42,783 nucleotides of DNA from the NCBI RefSeq assembly GCF_001186125.1, contig NW_014040278.1, forward strand, positions 34,620 through 77,402, read 5' to 3'. The stretch is from Sphaeroforma arctica JP610 (lineage: Eukaryota). Numbering within the stretch: position 1 is the stretch's first letter; the number at the start of each line of letters is the position of its first letter. Below, in pieces: positions 42,434 through 42,783 of this stretch. The notes under the pieces were generated by a model. It was not told where the DNA came from, did not search any database, and saw only the letters and a list, made by a program, of their open reading frames with translations. A program made the translations under genes and the position numbers.

Positions 42434-42783
42434 GTAAACGACAACTTGCTTTTCATCGCATATCTTAGCAACCTTGCCTTGTTGAGCCCAACTTGTTCAA
42501 AGTGCAGGAAATACCTTGTTACAGTTTGTATATTCATTTTGTAACAGAGAGGATGTGGGTTTTCTCGCGTGTGGTCGGTATAGATGAATAGCTTAAACTG
42601 AGTGGGTCTATAATAGGCATATTATAACATTCATTTTGTTAGACTTTTATTCTGTGTTCAGCTGACGTACAAAGTCGTAGTTCTATGTACTACTCGGGCA
42701 CACAAGTTCATATGTAGTTGCGAATGTACTTGCATGTATCAACATAAAAGTGATTGCAATTTAATATGAGTCTCTTTGGAATA

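Overview
Eukaryotic nuclear DNA: intron-rich, GT-AG splicing, many (TA)n/(CA)n/(TACA)n microsatellites and two N gaps. The style suggests a unicellular opisthokont-like genome, but the organism cannot be fixed from sequence alone. Host genes: an 8-exon ALG10 alpha-1,2-glucosyltransferase (+, 2957-9450); a 12-exon kanadaptin/SLC4A1AP-like FHA + dsRBD-like gene (-, 41513-30789) with a very long low-complexity N-terminus; and the first coding exon of CLP1 (+, from 42304), head-to-head with it. Between the convergent ALG10 and kanadaptin genes lies a ~18 kb island of decayed mobile DNA: a 5'-truncated LINE, a truncated Ty1/copia element with one LTR, two Ty3/gypsy relics and an unclassified strand-asymmetric element. 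The most notable part is a pseudogenised, intronless, virus-like replication module: an SF3 (D5-like) helicase followed by a PrimPol-type AEP primase with an apparent tandem AEP duplication and a PriCT-2-like domain. It sits next to a piggyBac-like transposase C-terminus. An orphan intronless ORF at the window start is cut off from its ATG by an 8-bp tandem duplication. All protein calls come from manual motif recognition; no database search was run.
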